From NCBI GenBank assembly GCA_009784095.1, contig WRDL01000001.1, forward strand, positions 1 to 41,666: 41,666 nt of DNA, written 5' to 3'. Shown here in pieces: positions 1 to 8,762 of the stretch. This DNA is from Coriobacteriia bacterium. Lineage in GTDB: Bacteria > Actinomycetota > Coriobacteriia > WRKU01. The first letter of the stretch is position 1; each line of letters starts with the position of its first letter. The notes beneath the pieces are model-generated. The model did no database searches. It saw only the letters and a program-made list of their open reading frames with translations, and was not told the origin of the DNA. The position numbers and the translations under genes were made by a program.

Positions 1-93
1 GATGACCCTCGTATTTCCGAAACAGACTTCGGAACTCCCCGGTGCATGCGCGATAATGCCTCGACTGATAGTGACCGGACGGGTAGTTGTCAT
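1..93 (-). CDS. rph: Ribonuclease PH, N-terminal fragment (gene runs off the window start)
   Basis: A reverse-strand ATG at 91-93 is preceded by AAGGAG inside the murI 3' end. The hand translation MTTTRPVTISRGIIAHAPGSSEVCFGNTRVI matches the conserved RNase PH N-terminus (RPV..R....A.GS..V.FG.T.V). The murI-rph adjacency is typical of Actinomycetota. Confidence 0.7.
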   Translation of the reverse strand, partial: MTTTRPVTISRGIIAHAPGSSEVCFGNTRVI

Positions 94-97
94 GAGA

Positions 98-976
98 TTA
101 CTCCTTATGAGGATCGATCAATGATTCGAGATAGTCTATATCGAGAAGTTCGAGCGAGTCGAGCGGTCTTCCGAAGACCTTCGATCCCAGCATTTGGAAT
201 CGATCGAGATCACCGGTGGTGAAGAATTGATAGGTGGGGATATGGTCCTCGAGTGCTTCATGGCCACGACGTTGAAGGGTCGACGACACATCACGTGCGG
301 TCTCTTCGGCGCTCGAGACGAGCACCACGTCATCTCCCATGATCTCAGCGATTGGATCGTGTAGGAGCGGATAGTGGGTACAACCCAGAACCACCGTGTC
401 GACCTCCTCATCTTGTAGAGGGCCCAGATAATCGGTCGCTATCTCGTCGAAGTTGGGAGGAACGCGCAGCCCATGGGTCACATCACTCGATTGCTCATCA
501 CTGAACGCAAGCCCCTCCTCGACCATATCGACAAATGATGGTGTTGCAACGCTCATCACTTGACAGCCGGCATCAAGCGCCTTGACCGCGTGATGGTATA
601 CGCTGCTCTGGATCGTGCCGACGGTCCCGATGACTCCGACCTTACGATTTCGCGTCGTGCGAACCGCGGCTCGTGCTCCCGGCTCGATGACGCCGATGAT
701 GGGAATATCGAATTCACGTTGCATCAATTCGAGCCCGGCTGCGGTCGCGGTGTTGCACGCGATCACGATGAGTTTTACCCCCTTATCCTGCAGGAAGGTG
801 CAGATCTCACGTACGTATTGCTCAACTTGGGAGAGGTCGCGCGGTCCGTACGGGCAGCGCCTGGTGTCTCCCACATACACGAATGATTCGTGTGGAAGCC
901 GTTGCGCGATCTCACGCGCGACGGTCAGCCCACCAAGGCCGGAATCGAAAATTCCAAGAGGTGCATTTTGGCTCAT
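98..976 (-). CDS. murI: Glutamate racemase
   Basis: 292-aa ORF with PLGIFDSGLGGLTV at the N-terminus and the two catalytic-Cys motifs VIACNTA and LGCTHYP. Confidence 0.95.
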   Translation of the reverse strand: MSQNAPLGIFDSGLGGLTVAREIAQRLPHESFVYVGDTRRCPYGPRDLSQVEQYVREICTFLQDKGVKLIVIACNTATAAGLELMQREFDIPIIGVIEPGARAAVRTTRNRKVGVIGTVGTIQSSVYHHAVKALDAGCQVMSVATPSFVDMVEEGLAFSDEQSSDVTHGLRVPPNFDEIATDYLGPLQDEEVDTVVLGCTHYPLLHDPIAEIMGDDVVLVSSAEETARDVSSTLQRRGHEALEDHIPTYQFFTTGDLDRFQMLGSKVFGRPLDSLELLDIDYLESLIDPHKE

Positions 977-988
977 CGAAAGTCCAAT

Positions 989-1747
989 CTAGCACAGTGC
1001 GATCTTGTGGCACGCGTCCAGATAGTGTTCGAGCTGGCGAAGCGTGGTCATACCACCATCATCGCACACTACCATGTTGGGGCGACGCGCCAGTATCGCG
1101 ATCTGCCGCGTGAGCTCTCCGGATAGTGTACCTTCCTCAAGGGTCTCGGTCATCACACCACCAAAGAAGAGGAGCCCGGTGCTACCGGCTTTGCCGACGA
1201 TCGTACTCATCCGAGTATAGGGTACGCTCGCTGCGTGTACCGCGCTGAAACCTGCGAGTTTTATCGAGGGATAGATCGATGAGACATCTCCGTCACTGTG
1301 AAAACACCACTCGACATTGAACTCGTCGCGCGAGAATGGCAGATCGTTATGTATCGAAGAGAGCATTTTACTGTATACCATCATAAGCGCGTCGCGCGCG
1401 ATCTCTTCGGAGACGATCCAGCCGATACTGGTGCAGATATCGTCTGCGATGCAGATGTAGGTGGGCGCTGCATCGCGTCTACCCAAGCTGCCGGTCGCAT
1501 TGAACGTCTCGCGCATCTCGTGCATCATCGCGTCCCCATAAGGATTGATCAGTTTCATGAAGTCATGAGGAGATTGAGCACGTCGCATCGCCTCATTCCA
1601 ACCGATGTCGCGCGCCAGCCTCGTCCAGAGGCCATCGATCTTGGTCAGCGGGATCATTTTCCCCAACGGTGTCGAGGTGAATTCGACTTCGTTGTGATCA
1701 GCTATTTCTTGGGCTGCCCAAGAAAGTGCGAAGCGCATGGTCACCAA
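989..1747 (-). CDS. Hypothetical cytoplasmic protein, family not recognised
   Basis: 252-aa ORF tightly packed between PPK2 and murI, with no TM segment or signal peptide. Candidate starts are TTG 1747, GTG 1744 and ATG 1738, downstream of AAGGAAG. The C-terminal segment GLLFFGGVMTETLEE is only weakly reminiscent of the LOG/SLOG GGxGTxxE motif. Confidence 0.55.
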   Translation of the reverse strand: MVTMRFALSWAAQEIADHNEVEFTSTPLGKMIPLTKIDGLWTRLARDIGWNEAMRRAQSPHDFMKLINPYGDAMMHEMRETFNATGSLGRRDAAPTYICIADDICTSIGWIVSEEIARDALMMVYSKMLSSIHNDLPFSRDEFNVEWCFHSDGDVSSIYPSIKLAGFSAVHAASVPYTRMSTIVGKAGSTGLLFFGGVMTETLEEGTLSGELTRQIAILARRPNMVVCDDGGMTTLRQLEHYLDACHKIALC

Positions 1748-2646
1748 ATCTTCCTTACGAGCTCTTTTACCTCGGCTATCGCGTCCTTCTCCCCGATAAG
1801 ATAGCGGCGACCGAGTTCGAGTTCGTCTTTAGCGGACTCCTTCATCTTGGGGAATTGTGGATCGAGATCCTCGAGTGCATCGACGACGACCTGTGACATT
1901 ACCGCGCGGGCGAACGATTTGTCATCGGCCGGTACGATGTACCAAGGGGCTATCTTGGTGGAAGTTGCGTTCACCGCTTTTTCATATGCGTTCTGATAAT
2001 CGTCCCAGAATTCGCGTTCAATGATATCGCTTATCGCAAATTTCCAGTTCTTCGTGGGGTCATAGACGCGCCGCAGAAAGCGCCGTGCCTGCTGATCTTT
2101 CGAGATGTGAAGCATGAACTTGACGACCACGATGGCGTTCTCCCACAGATATCGTTCGTAATCGACGATCTGGCGATAGCGATCATCGATAGCTTGAGGG
2201 CTTTTTGCACGGTCAAGGATATTAAGCTGCTTATAGAGTTTGTGGACTTTTACGATAAGGACATCCTCATAATATGAGCGATTGAACACGGTGATGTCCC
2301 CGCGCATCGGGACGTTTCGATGAAGACGCCAGAGGTAGTCGTGGGCGAGCTCGCGTGCTGTGGGTGATTTGTAACTGTAGACATGAACACCATATTGGTT
2401 CATGCCGGAGAAGACCGCGTTGATCGAGCCATCCTTTCCGCTGGCATCCATACCTTGAACGATCACGAGAAGTCCGGCTTTCCCATCGGCTGCGAATCGT
2501 GCCTGGAGCTCGTCGAGTTTTGCGGTATTCTTTTCCAAAAATGCAACTTCAGCACTTTTGTTCTTGAATGTATCATCGCGATCAGTGCGGAAATCCGCGA
2601 GGGAGATTTTCTTTTTTCCATCGACCTTGAAATGATTGAAATCCAT
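1741..2646 (-). CDS. ppk2: Polyphosphate kinase 2 family (polyphosphate:nucleotide phosphotransferase)
   Basis: Contains the PPK2 P-loop VQGMDASGKDG and the conserved YLWRLHRNVP.RG.I.VFNRSYYEDVL block. I chose the start at ATG 2644-2646 (MDFNHF) because it follows GGGAG and because the longer ORF extension to 2760 runs through a strong terminator hairpin. Confidence 0.9.
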   Translation of the reverse strand: MDFNHFKVDGKKKISLADFRTDRDDTFKNKSAEVAFLEKNTAKLDELQARFAADGKAGLLVIVQGMDASGKDGSINAVFSGMNQYGVHVYSYKSPTARELAHDYLWRLHRNVPMRGDITVFNRSYYEDVLIVKVHKLYKQLNILDRAKSPQAIDDRYRQIVDYERYLWENAIVVVKFMLHISKDQQARRFLRRVYDPTKNWKFAISDIIEREFWDDYQNAYEKAVNATSTKIAPWYIVPADDKSFARAVMSQVVVDALEDLDPQFPKMKESAKDELELGRRYLIGEKDAIAEVKELVRKIW

Positions 2647-2701
2647 GTTCTCCCTCACATCTCTCACGCGGACACTAACGAGATAATTGTATCGCATAAA
2701 T

Positions 2702-2735
2702 AAAAAGAGCAGGTGTGATACAACACCTGCTTTTT
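2702..2735. terminator. Bidirectional rho-independent terminator between tmRNA and ppk2
   Basis: A perfect 9-bp stem AGCAGGTGT / ACACCTGCT (2708-2716 and 2723-2731) with a 6-nt loop, flanked by A5 upstream and T5 downstream. Confidence 0.75.
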
Positions 2736-2866
2736 CGATATAACGGTGCGATTTGGGCATATTGAGAAGTGATCTCGTAGGAGATGCTTTTTTCTAGCTT
2801 TTTGGCATAAAAATGGCGTAAAACTATCTTCCATTTATAAAAACCGCAGTTAAACGGTATCGTTTT

Positions 2867-3222
2867 TGGTGGAGGTGGTGGGAATCGAACCCACGTCCAT
2901 AATGCATCCTCGACCGGTTTCTCCAGGCTCAGTCATTTGCGTGTTCTTGGAAATCGTGTAAGACAAATGACAAACCGCACGCTTTCCATGGCTGTTCTAT
3001 CTTAGCTATTACCTATACAGCCCACAGGTAATAGAGCATCTCCCCTTGTGTCGTCGCATTGGCGTCGGGAGATGACCCCAACTAGACGTCGCAAGCGTTT
3101 AAGCTGCGAGGGCGTAATTAGATTCGCCGTTTAAAATGGTTTACCCCTGTTTAACCAGGCGAGGAGACCTGGGCCTGCTTATCCGATCTCGAACATCACC
3201 ATGTCGAAACCACGTCACCCCC
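2867..3222 (-). ncRNA. ssrA: Transfer-messenger RNA (tmRNA)
   Basis: The reverse complement begins GGGGGTGACGTGGTTTCGACATGG and ends GGACGTGGGTTCGATTCCCACCACCTCCACCA, giving a tRNA-like T-arm, acceptor stem with a G3:U pair, and CCA. The internal tag reading frame GGC GAA TCT AAT TAC GCC CTC GCA GCT TAA (about 3099-3128) encodes ..GESNYALAA*, a canonical SsrA degron ending. Confidence 0.95.
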
Positions 3223-3287
3223 GAACAGCGATCACGCCCAAGAGCGTTCCTGCTGATCGGTTTGCGCACATCTCTGCGCGCGGATAG

Positions 3288-3983
3288 CTATTCTACCACG
3301 CTGAACTGGTGCGGAGCAAATCGATCTATCAAGCGATCCGCAAGAAGGAACAGGACCCCAAAAGCGAAGATGAGACCGAGGAGAATGAGCATGATCGTGA
3401 CCCAGAATTGCTCTGGGAACGTCTGTATGAGTAAAGAATCGATAGGAAATTGCCAGTTACCCTGTGGGAAGAATATTTCGTGGAAGAATGTGAAAAGCGG
3501 ATCGAACGCGACCCCCACTATGAACCCAAGTAACAGAGGGACTGCCAAACAAATCCATGCTGCGAACTTGAGTGTAGTGCGCAACCAGCTCCACCACTTC
3601 TTGAAGTAACTCGTGATCAGTAATGTAATTATCAATATCGCGCAGATCGCGCCGACGATCCAGGTGAATAGGATCACGGTTCGCACATCGCGCAAGTGCT
3701 CGATCGAAGCCTCACCCGCGATCTTATCCGATTCAAAGAACTCGATCATCTCAACCTCGCCGGTGCCATTTCTGATGAAACGGGTCGAAGTGTCGGCGCC
3801 GCGCTCACGCAGTTCACTACTGAGCACAGATGCATTGTGCGTAGCATGGATAAGCGATGACACGATCGGTGGCGACGATGTGAGATAGATCGACACGACG
3901 ATGACTAACACGAACAGCATGACCGCGCAGGCGATCGCGATGCTCTTTGCTATCGGTCCATCTGCGAAAGTGGCTTGTGCCAT
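3288..3983 (-). CDS. Integral membrane protein, TIGR01906/DUF1461-like (Lit-like)
   Basis: 231 aa with one N-terminal TM, a soluble segment containing EHLRDVRTV, and three C-terminal TMs. This topology and motif resemble the DUF1461 family, recognised from memory rather than verified by HMM. The start overlaps the upstream gene by 34 nt and may be further downstream. Confidence 0.55.
   Translation of the reverse strand: MAQATFADGPIAKSIAIACAVMLFVLVIVVSIYLTSSPPIVSSLIHATHNASVLSSELRERGADTSTRFIRNGTGEVEMIEFFESDKIAGEASIEHLRDVRTVILFTWIVGAICAILIITLLITSYFKKWWSWLRTTLKFAAWICLAVPLLLGFIVGVAFDPLFTFFHEIFFPQGNWQFPIDSLLIQTFPEQFWVTIMLILLGLIFAFGVLFLLADRLIDRFAPHQFSVVE
3290..3319 (-). promoter_or_regulatory. Putative sigma-70-type promoter for the tmRNA precursor
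   Basis: On the minus strand: TTGCTC (3314-3319), an 18-nt spacer ending in TGG, then TAGAAT (3290-3295), which gives an extended -10. It lies about 65 nt upstream of the mature tmRNA 5' end, consistent with an RNase P-processed leader. It overlaps the stop codon of the upstream membrane-protein gene. Confidence 0.35.
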
Positions 3984-4636
3984 ACCCCGTCCTCATCCTC
4001 GACCCACGTTGCGGTACGCAAGAACTCAAGATGATAGGTATCGACGTCATCGCCCAAGAGGTAGTTCATAAGACTGTCTGGGCGCAACGTTCCTTGCGGT
4101 GATGAGCGGATGGTGAATAACACGATCGTCTCATGATCCCCTTGCGCGCTTGACAGACCGCGCGGAAGGGTCGAATAGGTATCGTATTGTTTGATCTTAT
4201 CTTTCTGCTCCACTTCAAGCGTTTCGGGAAACTCCCCGCTGATTTCTACCGAGCCATCGACGTTCACTTGGTATTCAAAGATAGTGACCGCAGAGCTCAG
4301 CGATGGCTCGCGCGCAGACACATACCCACAGTCCAGTATCGGCAACACCGGGGTCGTGGCTTCTTGCAGCCTTGCCAAAGCTTCTTCAGGAGCGATGAAC
4401 TCTTTGAGGATCACATCAAAGAATTCGCTCAGTGATGCGGTCCCCACTCCAAGCGCCGGCCCGAACGAGAGTTTGATGTGTGGATGGAACCCCTCCGATA
4501 TCGCATAGGGCAAGGTTGCTCGCCTTACGATGCGCTCAAGAGCACGGATGACCTCAAGGTGGGACAAGTGAGCAGCCCTCCCTTGCTTTGCATATTCGAT
4601 GCGGAGGCGATAGGTGGGAGCATGACCAGCACTCAT
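3950..4636 (-). CDS. TIGR03936/DUF2344 radical-SAM-linked protein
   Basis: Has the typical family N-terminus YRLRIEYAKQGRAAHLSHLEVIRALERIVRRATLPYAISEGFHPHIKLSFGPALGVG. It overlaps the stop of the preceding radical SAM gene by 4 nt. Confidence 0.85.
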   Translation of the reverse strand: MSAGHAPTYRLRIEYAKQGRAAHLSHLEVIRALERIVRRATLPYAISEGFHPHIKLSFGPALGVGTASLSEFFDVILKEFIAPEEALARLQEATTPVLPILDCGYVSAREPSLSSAVTIFEYQVNVDGSVEISGEFPETLEVEQKDKIKQYDTYSTLPRGLSSAQGDHETIVLFTIRSSPQGTLRPDSLMNYLLGDDVDTYHLEFLRTATWVEDEDGVWHKPLSQMDR

Positions 4637-6492
4637 GATCGCTCTCCTTTGATATCGGGCTTCGCGTCAAGATCGGTGCAAACTCCGCACTCTGTGCAGT
4701 CGGCAAACGTGCAGTCGGTGGTCGTGAGTCCGTCACGCGCGCGTTGCGCCTCGGCTTTCAAATACTCGTCACTCACTCCCGTGCTGATGTGGCTCCAGGG
4801 CAGCGTCTCATCCAACTCGTGTGACGCGGTTGCCACAGACGGATCGAATGAGGACGATTCGAAGGCACGCTCCCAGTTCGTATGATCGAACTGCTCACGG
4901 TAGGCTTCGAAACGCGCGCCGCTCCTCCAAGCGTCTTCGATGACAGAAGCGAGTGAGCGATCACCGCGTGCGATCAGTCCCTCGACCACTGACGTGCGCG
5001 CGTCGTGATATGAGAACTGTACTCCCCTGCGCGGGAGCGCGTCTTTGAGCAGCTGTTGCTTTCTCTCAAGCTCCTCCACACTGTCTTGCGCCTCCCACTG
5101 GAAAGGAGTATGCGCTTTTGGCACGAACGATGAGACGCTCAGCGCGACTTTTACCGCGCTTCGCTTGCGTGGGTCTATCGCGTCATGGGCCACTTCGCTC
5201 ACTTTTTTGACCAGCTCAGCGATACCGAGGACATCCTCATCGGTCTCATGGGGAAGACCGATCATGAAGTAGAGCTTGATGCGATGGTATCCGCTCTCGA
5301 AGGCGGTGCGTACCGCCTCGAGGAGTTGCTCTTCACTCACGTTCTTGTTGATGATATCGCGCATACGCTGCCTCCCAGCCTCGGGAGCCAGCGTTAAAGC
5401 GGGACGTTTCGCGCCTGAAGTCAGAACGTTCATCAAATCGATGCTGAACGAATCGACACGAAGGCTGGGGAGCGATACACTGACCGCCCGATCTGCGAGT
5501 TGTATGTTGAGTCGACGCACGATGTCGGCTATCTGGCTGTGATCGGTACTGGAAAGTGAGGTCAGCGAGACTTCATCATATCCGGTCTTCTCTATCCCCT
5601 CAAGAGCACTTCGGATCACCGTGTCAGCGCTGCGTTCGCGTGCCGGACGGTAGGTCATACCGGCCTGGCAGAAACGACATCCTCTGTTGCACCCACGCAC
5701 TATCTCGATCGAGCAGCGATCGTGCACCACATCGACGAACGGAACGACGATGCGTCCCGGTGTCGATACCGCATCAAAATCCCTCTCGAGCCGTTTAAAT
5801 ATCGGTCCATCCACACTCTTGTCATAGAGCAAAGGAACGTAGATGCCCTCTATAGAGCTGAGCGCCTCAAGCCACCTGTCGCGCGTGATTCCCTCTCTCT
5901 TCGCTTCGCGAACGACCGCGACGATCTCCGTGATCGCACTCTCGCCTTCCCCGATAAAAATTGCATCGAAGAACGGCGCCAACGGCTCAGGATTGAACGC
6001 GCAGGGACCACCTCCGATCACGATCGGATGCGACTCGTCTCGATCGTTGGCACGTAAAGGGATGCCGGCAAGATCGAGTACCTCGAGTATCGAGGTCGCT
6101 GCCATCTCATTGGGCATCGTTATCCCTAAGATATCGAGTTCGTCGACAGGTCTATAGGATTCAAGAGTAAAGAGGGGAATATCATGCGCGCGCATTTCAT
6201 CGATCATATCGAGCCATGGCAGATAGACGCGCTCGACGGCGATCGTCTCGTCTATGCAAAGATTTGCATACAATATCTGGAGCGCTTGGTTCGCCTGCCC
6301 GACTTCGTATGTTCCCGGATAGCAAAGACCTATCGAGAATTCATCTGCGCCCAGATTATCCTGCCACGTACGTACACCGTACTCACTACCGATATAGCGT
6401 GATGGGCGTTCGATACTGCTGAGGAGTGGTTCTATCCTCTCACGCAAGTTTGTGATAGCCACTCGGCTGTGTTTCCTTTTGTGTGCGATCAC
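4633..6492 (-). CDS. TIGR03960-type B12-binding-domain radical SAM protein
   Basis: Contains the CxxxCxxC cluster VRGCNRGCRFCQAG and the family N-terminal signature ERPSRYIGSEYG. Pairing with DUF2344 is diagnostic of this family. The more likely start is GTG at 6460-6462 (VAITNLRERIEP), 9 nt after AAAGGAAA. Confidence 0.9.
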   Translation of the reverse strand: MIAHKRKHSRVAITNLRERIEPLLSSIERPSRYIGSEYGVRTWQDNLGADEFSIGLCYPGTYEVGQANQALQILYANLCIDETIAVERVYLPWLDMIDEMRAHDIPLFTLESYRPVDELDILGITMPNEMAATSILEVLDLAGIPLRANDRDESHPIVIGGGPCAFNPEPLAPFFDAIFIGEGESAITEIVAVVREAKREGITRDRWLEALSSIEGIYVPLLYDKSVDGPIFKRLERDFDAVSTPGRIVVPFVDVVHDRCSIEIVRGCNRGCRFCQAGMTYRPARERSADTVIRSALEGIEKTGYDEVSLTSLSSTDHSQIADIVRRLNIQLADRAVSVSLPSLRVDSFSIDLMNVLTSGAKRPALTLAPEAGRQRMRDIINKNVSEEQLLEAVRTAFESGYHRIKLYFMIGLPHETDEDVLGIAELVKKVSEVAHDAIDPRKRSAVKVALSVSSFVPKAHTPFQWEAQDSVEELERKQQLLKDALPRRGVQFSYHDARTSVVEGLIARGDRSLASVIEDAWRSGARFEAYREQFDHTNWERAFESSSFDPSVATASHELDETLPWSHISTGVSDEYLKAEAQRARDGLTTTDCTFADCTECGVCTDLDAKPDIKGERS

Positions 6493-7594
6493 GACTCAAG
6501 CGCTCGCGAAGCTTACCTCTTCGCTCGACCCGATCGAGTTTAGCTTCTTGCTTTTTCAACGCCTTTTCAAGATCGGCTTCAATTTGTTCAGCGTCGTCTT
6601 CAACTGATCGCTTTCGGCTGGAGATCGCGGCGGGCAAAGCTTTCATCCTGGTCTTTACCTCATCGATCGGAAGCGCTTCGGTTCCCTTCTGCGCGGTCTC
6701 GACCAAGTCATCACGGACCTCTTTTAACTTTACCGCCAGACCTTCGGGAGTCCCGCCTTTATCAAAATACTCGAGAGCGGCATACCCCATCGCCATCGTA
6801 CCGGAGTACCCGATCACGCCACGGATCGCCCAACCGAGCACAGGAACGAAACCTATCGCGGTCCGTGCGGCTGCACGCAACGCAAAACCGCCACCGACGA
6901 CCGCCGCCAACTCTTTGATCCGATCCTTGTTCAAGTGCTGACCGTACGCCGCAGCTATCTGCAGAACCATCTTCGCTTGATTGAGCGTCATGACCGGAAG
7001 GTCTGCTCCGGGAATGATCATAACGAGTCCGATCGCACCGTTCTGCACCGCCGTGTTGTTGATCGCTTCTTTCGCAATATGGCGACGCATCCAGCTGAAA
7101 TTCGCGGCGAACGCGAGTTTGAGATCACTGCGCGTCTCAGCGAACCACGTTGCGAGTTGGTCAAGCATTGCACCGGTATTGTCACTGACGACTGTCGCCA
7201 GGATATTGACACCGAAGAGAGATGCAAGCTGCGCGCGTGCGACACGCGCATCGGTACAAACGATCACGATCGGTTTATGTTCATCTTGGGCGCGCTGAGC
7301 GAACTCACGCGCGTTGGTAAGAACGTGATTATCGGCTTCGATTCCTGATATCACAATGACGAGGACATCGACATCGCGATGGAGAACCGGTCTCTTGTTC
7401 GGTTCGAGCACATCGACCGATGCGCGCCCATGTGGGCTATGTGGAACGAACGCGACCGTGAGTTCTTCAGCGATAAAGGAAGGAAGCGTGGGGTCGAGGA
7501 GAACTTCGACGTGGACCGGAATTGTTTTTTGTTGCCCGAGTTTTTTCTCGAATTCCTGGATTTCGAGAGGATTGAGCGGAAGTTTCATCGTCAT
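6440..7594 (-). CDS. DUF697-like domain protein with charged coiled-coil tail
   Basis: 384 aa. The central and C-terminal block (GAIGLVMIIPGADLPVMTLNQAKMVLQIAAAYGQ ... FVPVLGWAIRGVIGYSGTMAMGYAALEYF) matches the DUF697/YcjF-type pattern from memory. The N-terminal half looks like a degenerate nucleotide-binding fold, and the tail is rich in K, R and E. A strong AAAGGAG precedes the ATG pair at 7594/7588. Confidence 0.6.
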   Translation of the reverse strand: MTMKLPLNPLEIQEFEKKLGQQKTIPVHVEVLLDPTLPSFIAEELTVAFVPHSPHGRASVDVLEPNKRPVLHRDVDVLVIVISGIEADNHVLTNAREFAQRAQDEHKPIVIVCTDARVARAQLASLFGVNILATVVSDNTGAMLDQLATWFAETRSDLKLAFAANFSWMRRHIAKEAINNTAVQNGAIGLVMIIPGADLPVMTLNQAKMVLQIAAAYGQHLNKDRIKELAAVVGGGFALRAAARTAIGFVPVLGWAIRGVIGYSGTMAMGYAALEYFDKGGTPEGLAVKLKEVRDDLVETAQKGTEALPIDEVKTRMKALPAAISSRKRSVEDDAEQIEADLEKALKKQEAKLDRVERRGKLRERLSRDRTQKETQPSGYHKLA

Positions 7595-8759
7595 CTACTC
7601 CTTTTATCGGACTTTGATAGTTGCGTCTGCGCCAGATCGAGAGCAGAACGCCTACACACGCCAAACTCGTTACCAAAAATGATGATCCATAACTCATAAA
7701 TGGAAGCGGGATACCGGTGATCGGCATCAGGCCCATCGTCATACCGGCATTCTCAAGGATCTGGAATGCCCACATACTCATGATACCAGTCGCGATGAGC
7801 GACCCAAATAAATCGATCGATGATGCACAAATGCTCAAACATGCCATGAGCAATGCAAGATAGAGCCCCATCAGGAGGAGCCCTCCCATAAAGCCCATCT
7901 CCTCGCCGAGGACCGCGAAGATGAAGTCGGTATGTCGCTCAGGCAAAAAGTTGCCGGTCGTCTGCGACCCGCTCCCGAGACCTTTGCCGGAGAACTCACC
8001 TGAACCGATCGATATCATCGACTGCTCTAAGTTGTAGCCCGCTCCTTGAGGATCAACATCGGGATCAACGAAAACGATAAGTCGATTGAGCTGGTACTCT
8101 TTGAGTACCCTCCCGTCCCCATCGTTGGTCTTCGAATAGTTTATCTCGGTGAATACGAAGCCGATCACGCACAGCAACCCGACCAATATAAGTAATATCA
8201 TGGTGCGTGAATGAGCACCGCCGACCCATAAGATCCCCAAGGATATAGCGACGAATACCAGTCCAGTCCCCAGATCGGGGATCAGCATGATCAGAACCGC
8301 AGGTATCAAGGAGATCGCGAAGAGTTTGATGAAGCTCAACAGGTCAGGGATCTCGCCTTCATAGCGCGCCACGATCGCTGCGAAGAGCAGGATCGTTACG
8401 AGCTTTGCGGGCTCGGAAGGCTGGAACAGATGACGCCCCCCGATCGCAAGCCAGCGCTCAGAACCTCCGGCGGTCGATCCGAGTCCGGGGATCCGAGGTG
8501 CGAGTATCAGAAAGAGATTGACGATCCACAGCGGGACGATCATATCAGCAAAGTTGCGGTAATCAAAAAGCCAGAAGCACACCATCAAGACAAGACCGAT
8601 TGCGATACCGATTATCTGACGGTAGAGAAAGGAGCTCGCATCTTCCATTGCCGAGGTCGCAGACAGAATTATCGTCGTCCCTACGACGAGAAGCGCTGCC
8701 ACCGCGATCACCAATGTGAAATTGACGTTGCGACGGATATCGTAGCGGAAAAGAGCCAC
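7467..8759 (-). CDS. rodA: SEDS-family peptidoglycan glycosyltransferase RodA
   Basis: Polytopic FtsW/RodA/SpoVE-type protein located directly after mrdA. After the last TM (..LLSIWRRR) the ORF continues for about 55 hydrophilic codons and ends 128 nt inside the next gene (see findings). Confidence 0.9.
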   Translation of the reverse strand: MALFRYDIRRNVNFTLVIAVAALLVVGTTIILSATSAMEDASSFLYRQIIGIAIGLVLMVCFWLFDYRNFADMIVPLWIVNLFLILAPRIPGLGSTAGGSERWLAIGGRHLFQPSEPAKLVTILLFAAIVARYEGEIPDLLSFIKLFAISLIPAVLIMLIPDLGTGLVFVAISLGILWVGGAHSRTMILLILVGLLCVIGFVFTEINYSKTNDGDGRVLKEYQLNRLIVFVDPDVDPQGAGYNLEQSMISIGSGEFSGKGLGSGSQTTGNFLPERHTDFIFAVLGEEMGFMGGLLLMGLYLALLMACLSICASSIDLFGSLIATGIMSMWAFQILENAGMTMGLMPITGIPLPFMSYGSSFLVTSLACVGVLLSIWRRRNYQSPIKGVDDDETSAQSSRNPGIREKTRATKNNSGPRRSSPRPHASFLYR

Positions 8760-8762
8760 CGC

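Noticed and set aside
2647-2760. N-terminal 38-codon extension of the PPK2 ORF
   Set aside because: The extension contains the 9-bp-stem bidirectional terminator (2702-2735) and has no homology to PPK2. The internal ATG at 2646 has a GGGAG SD.
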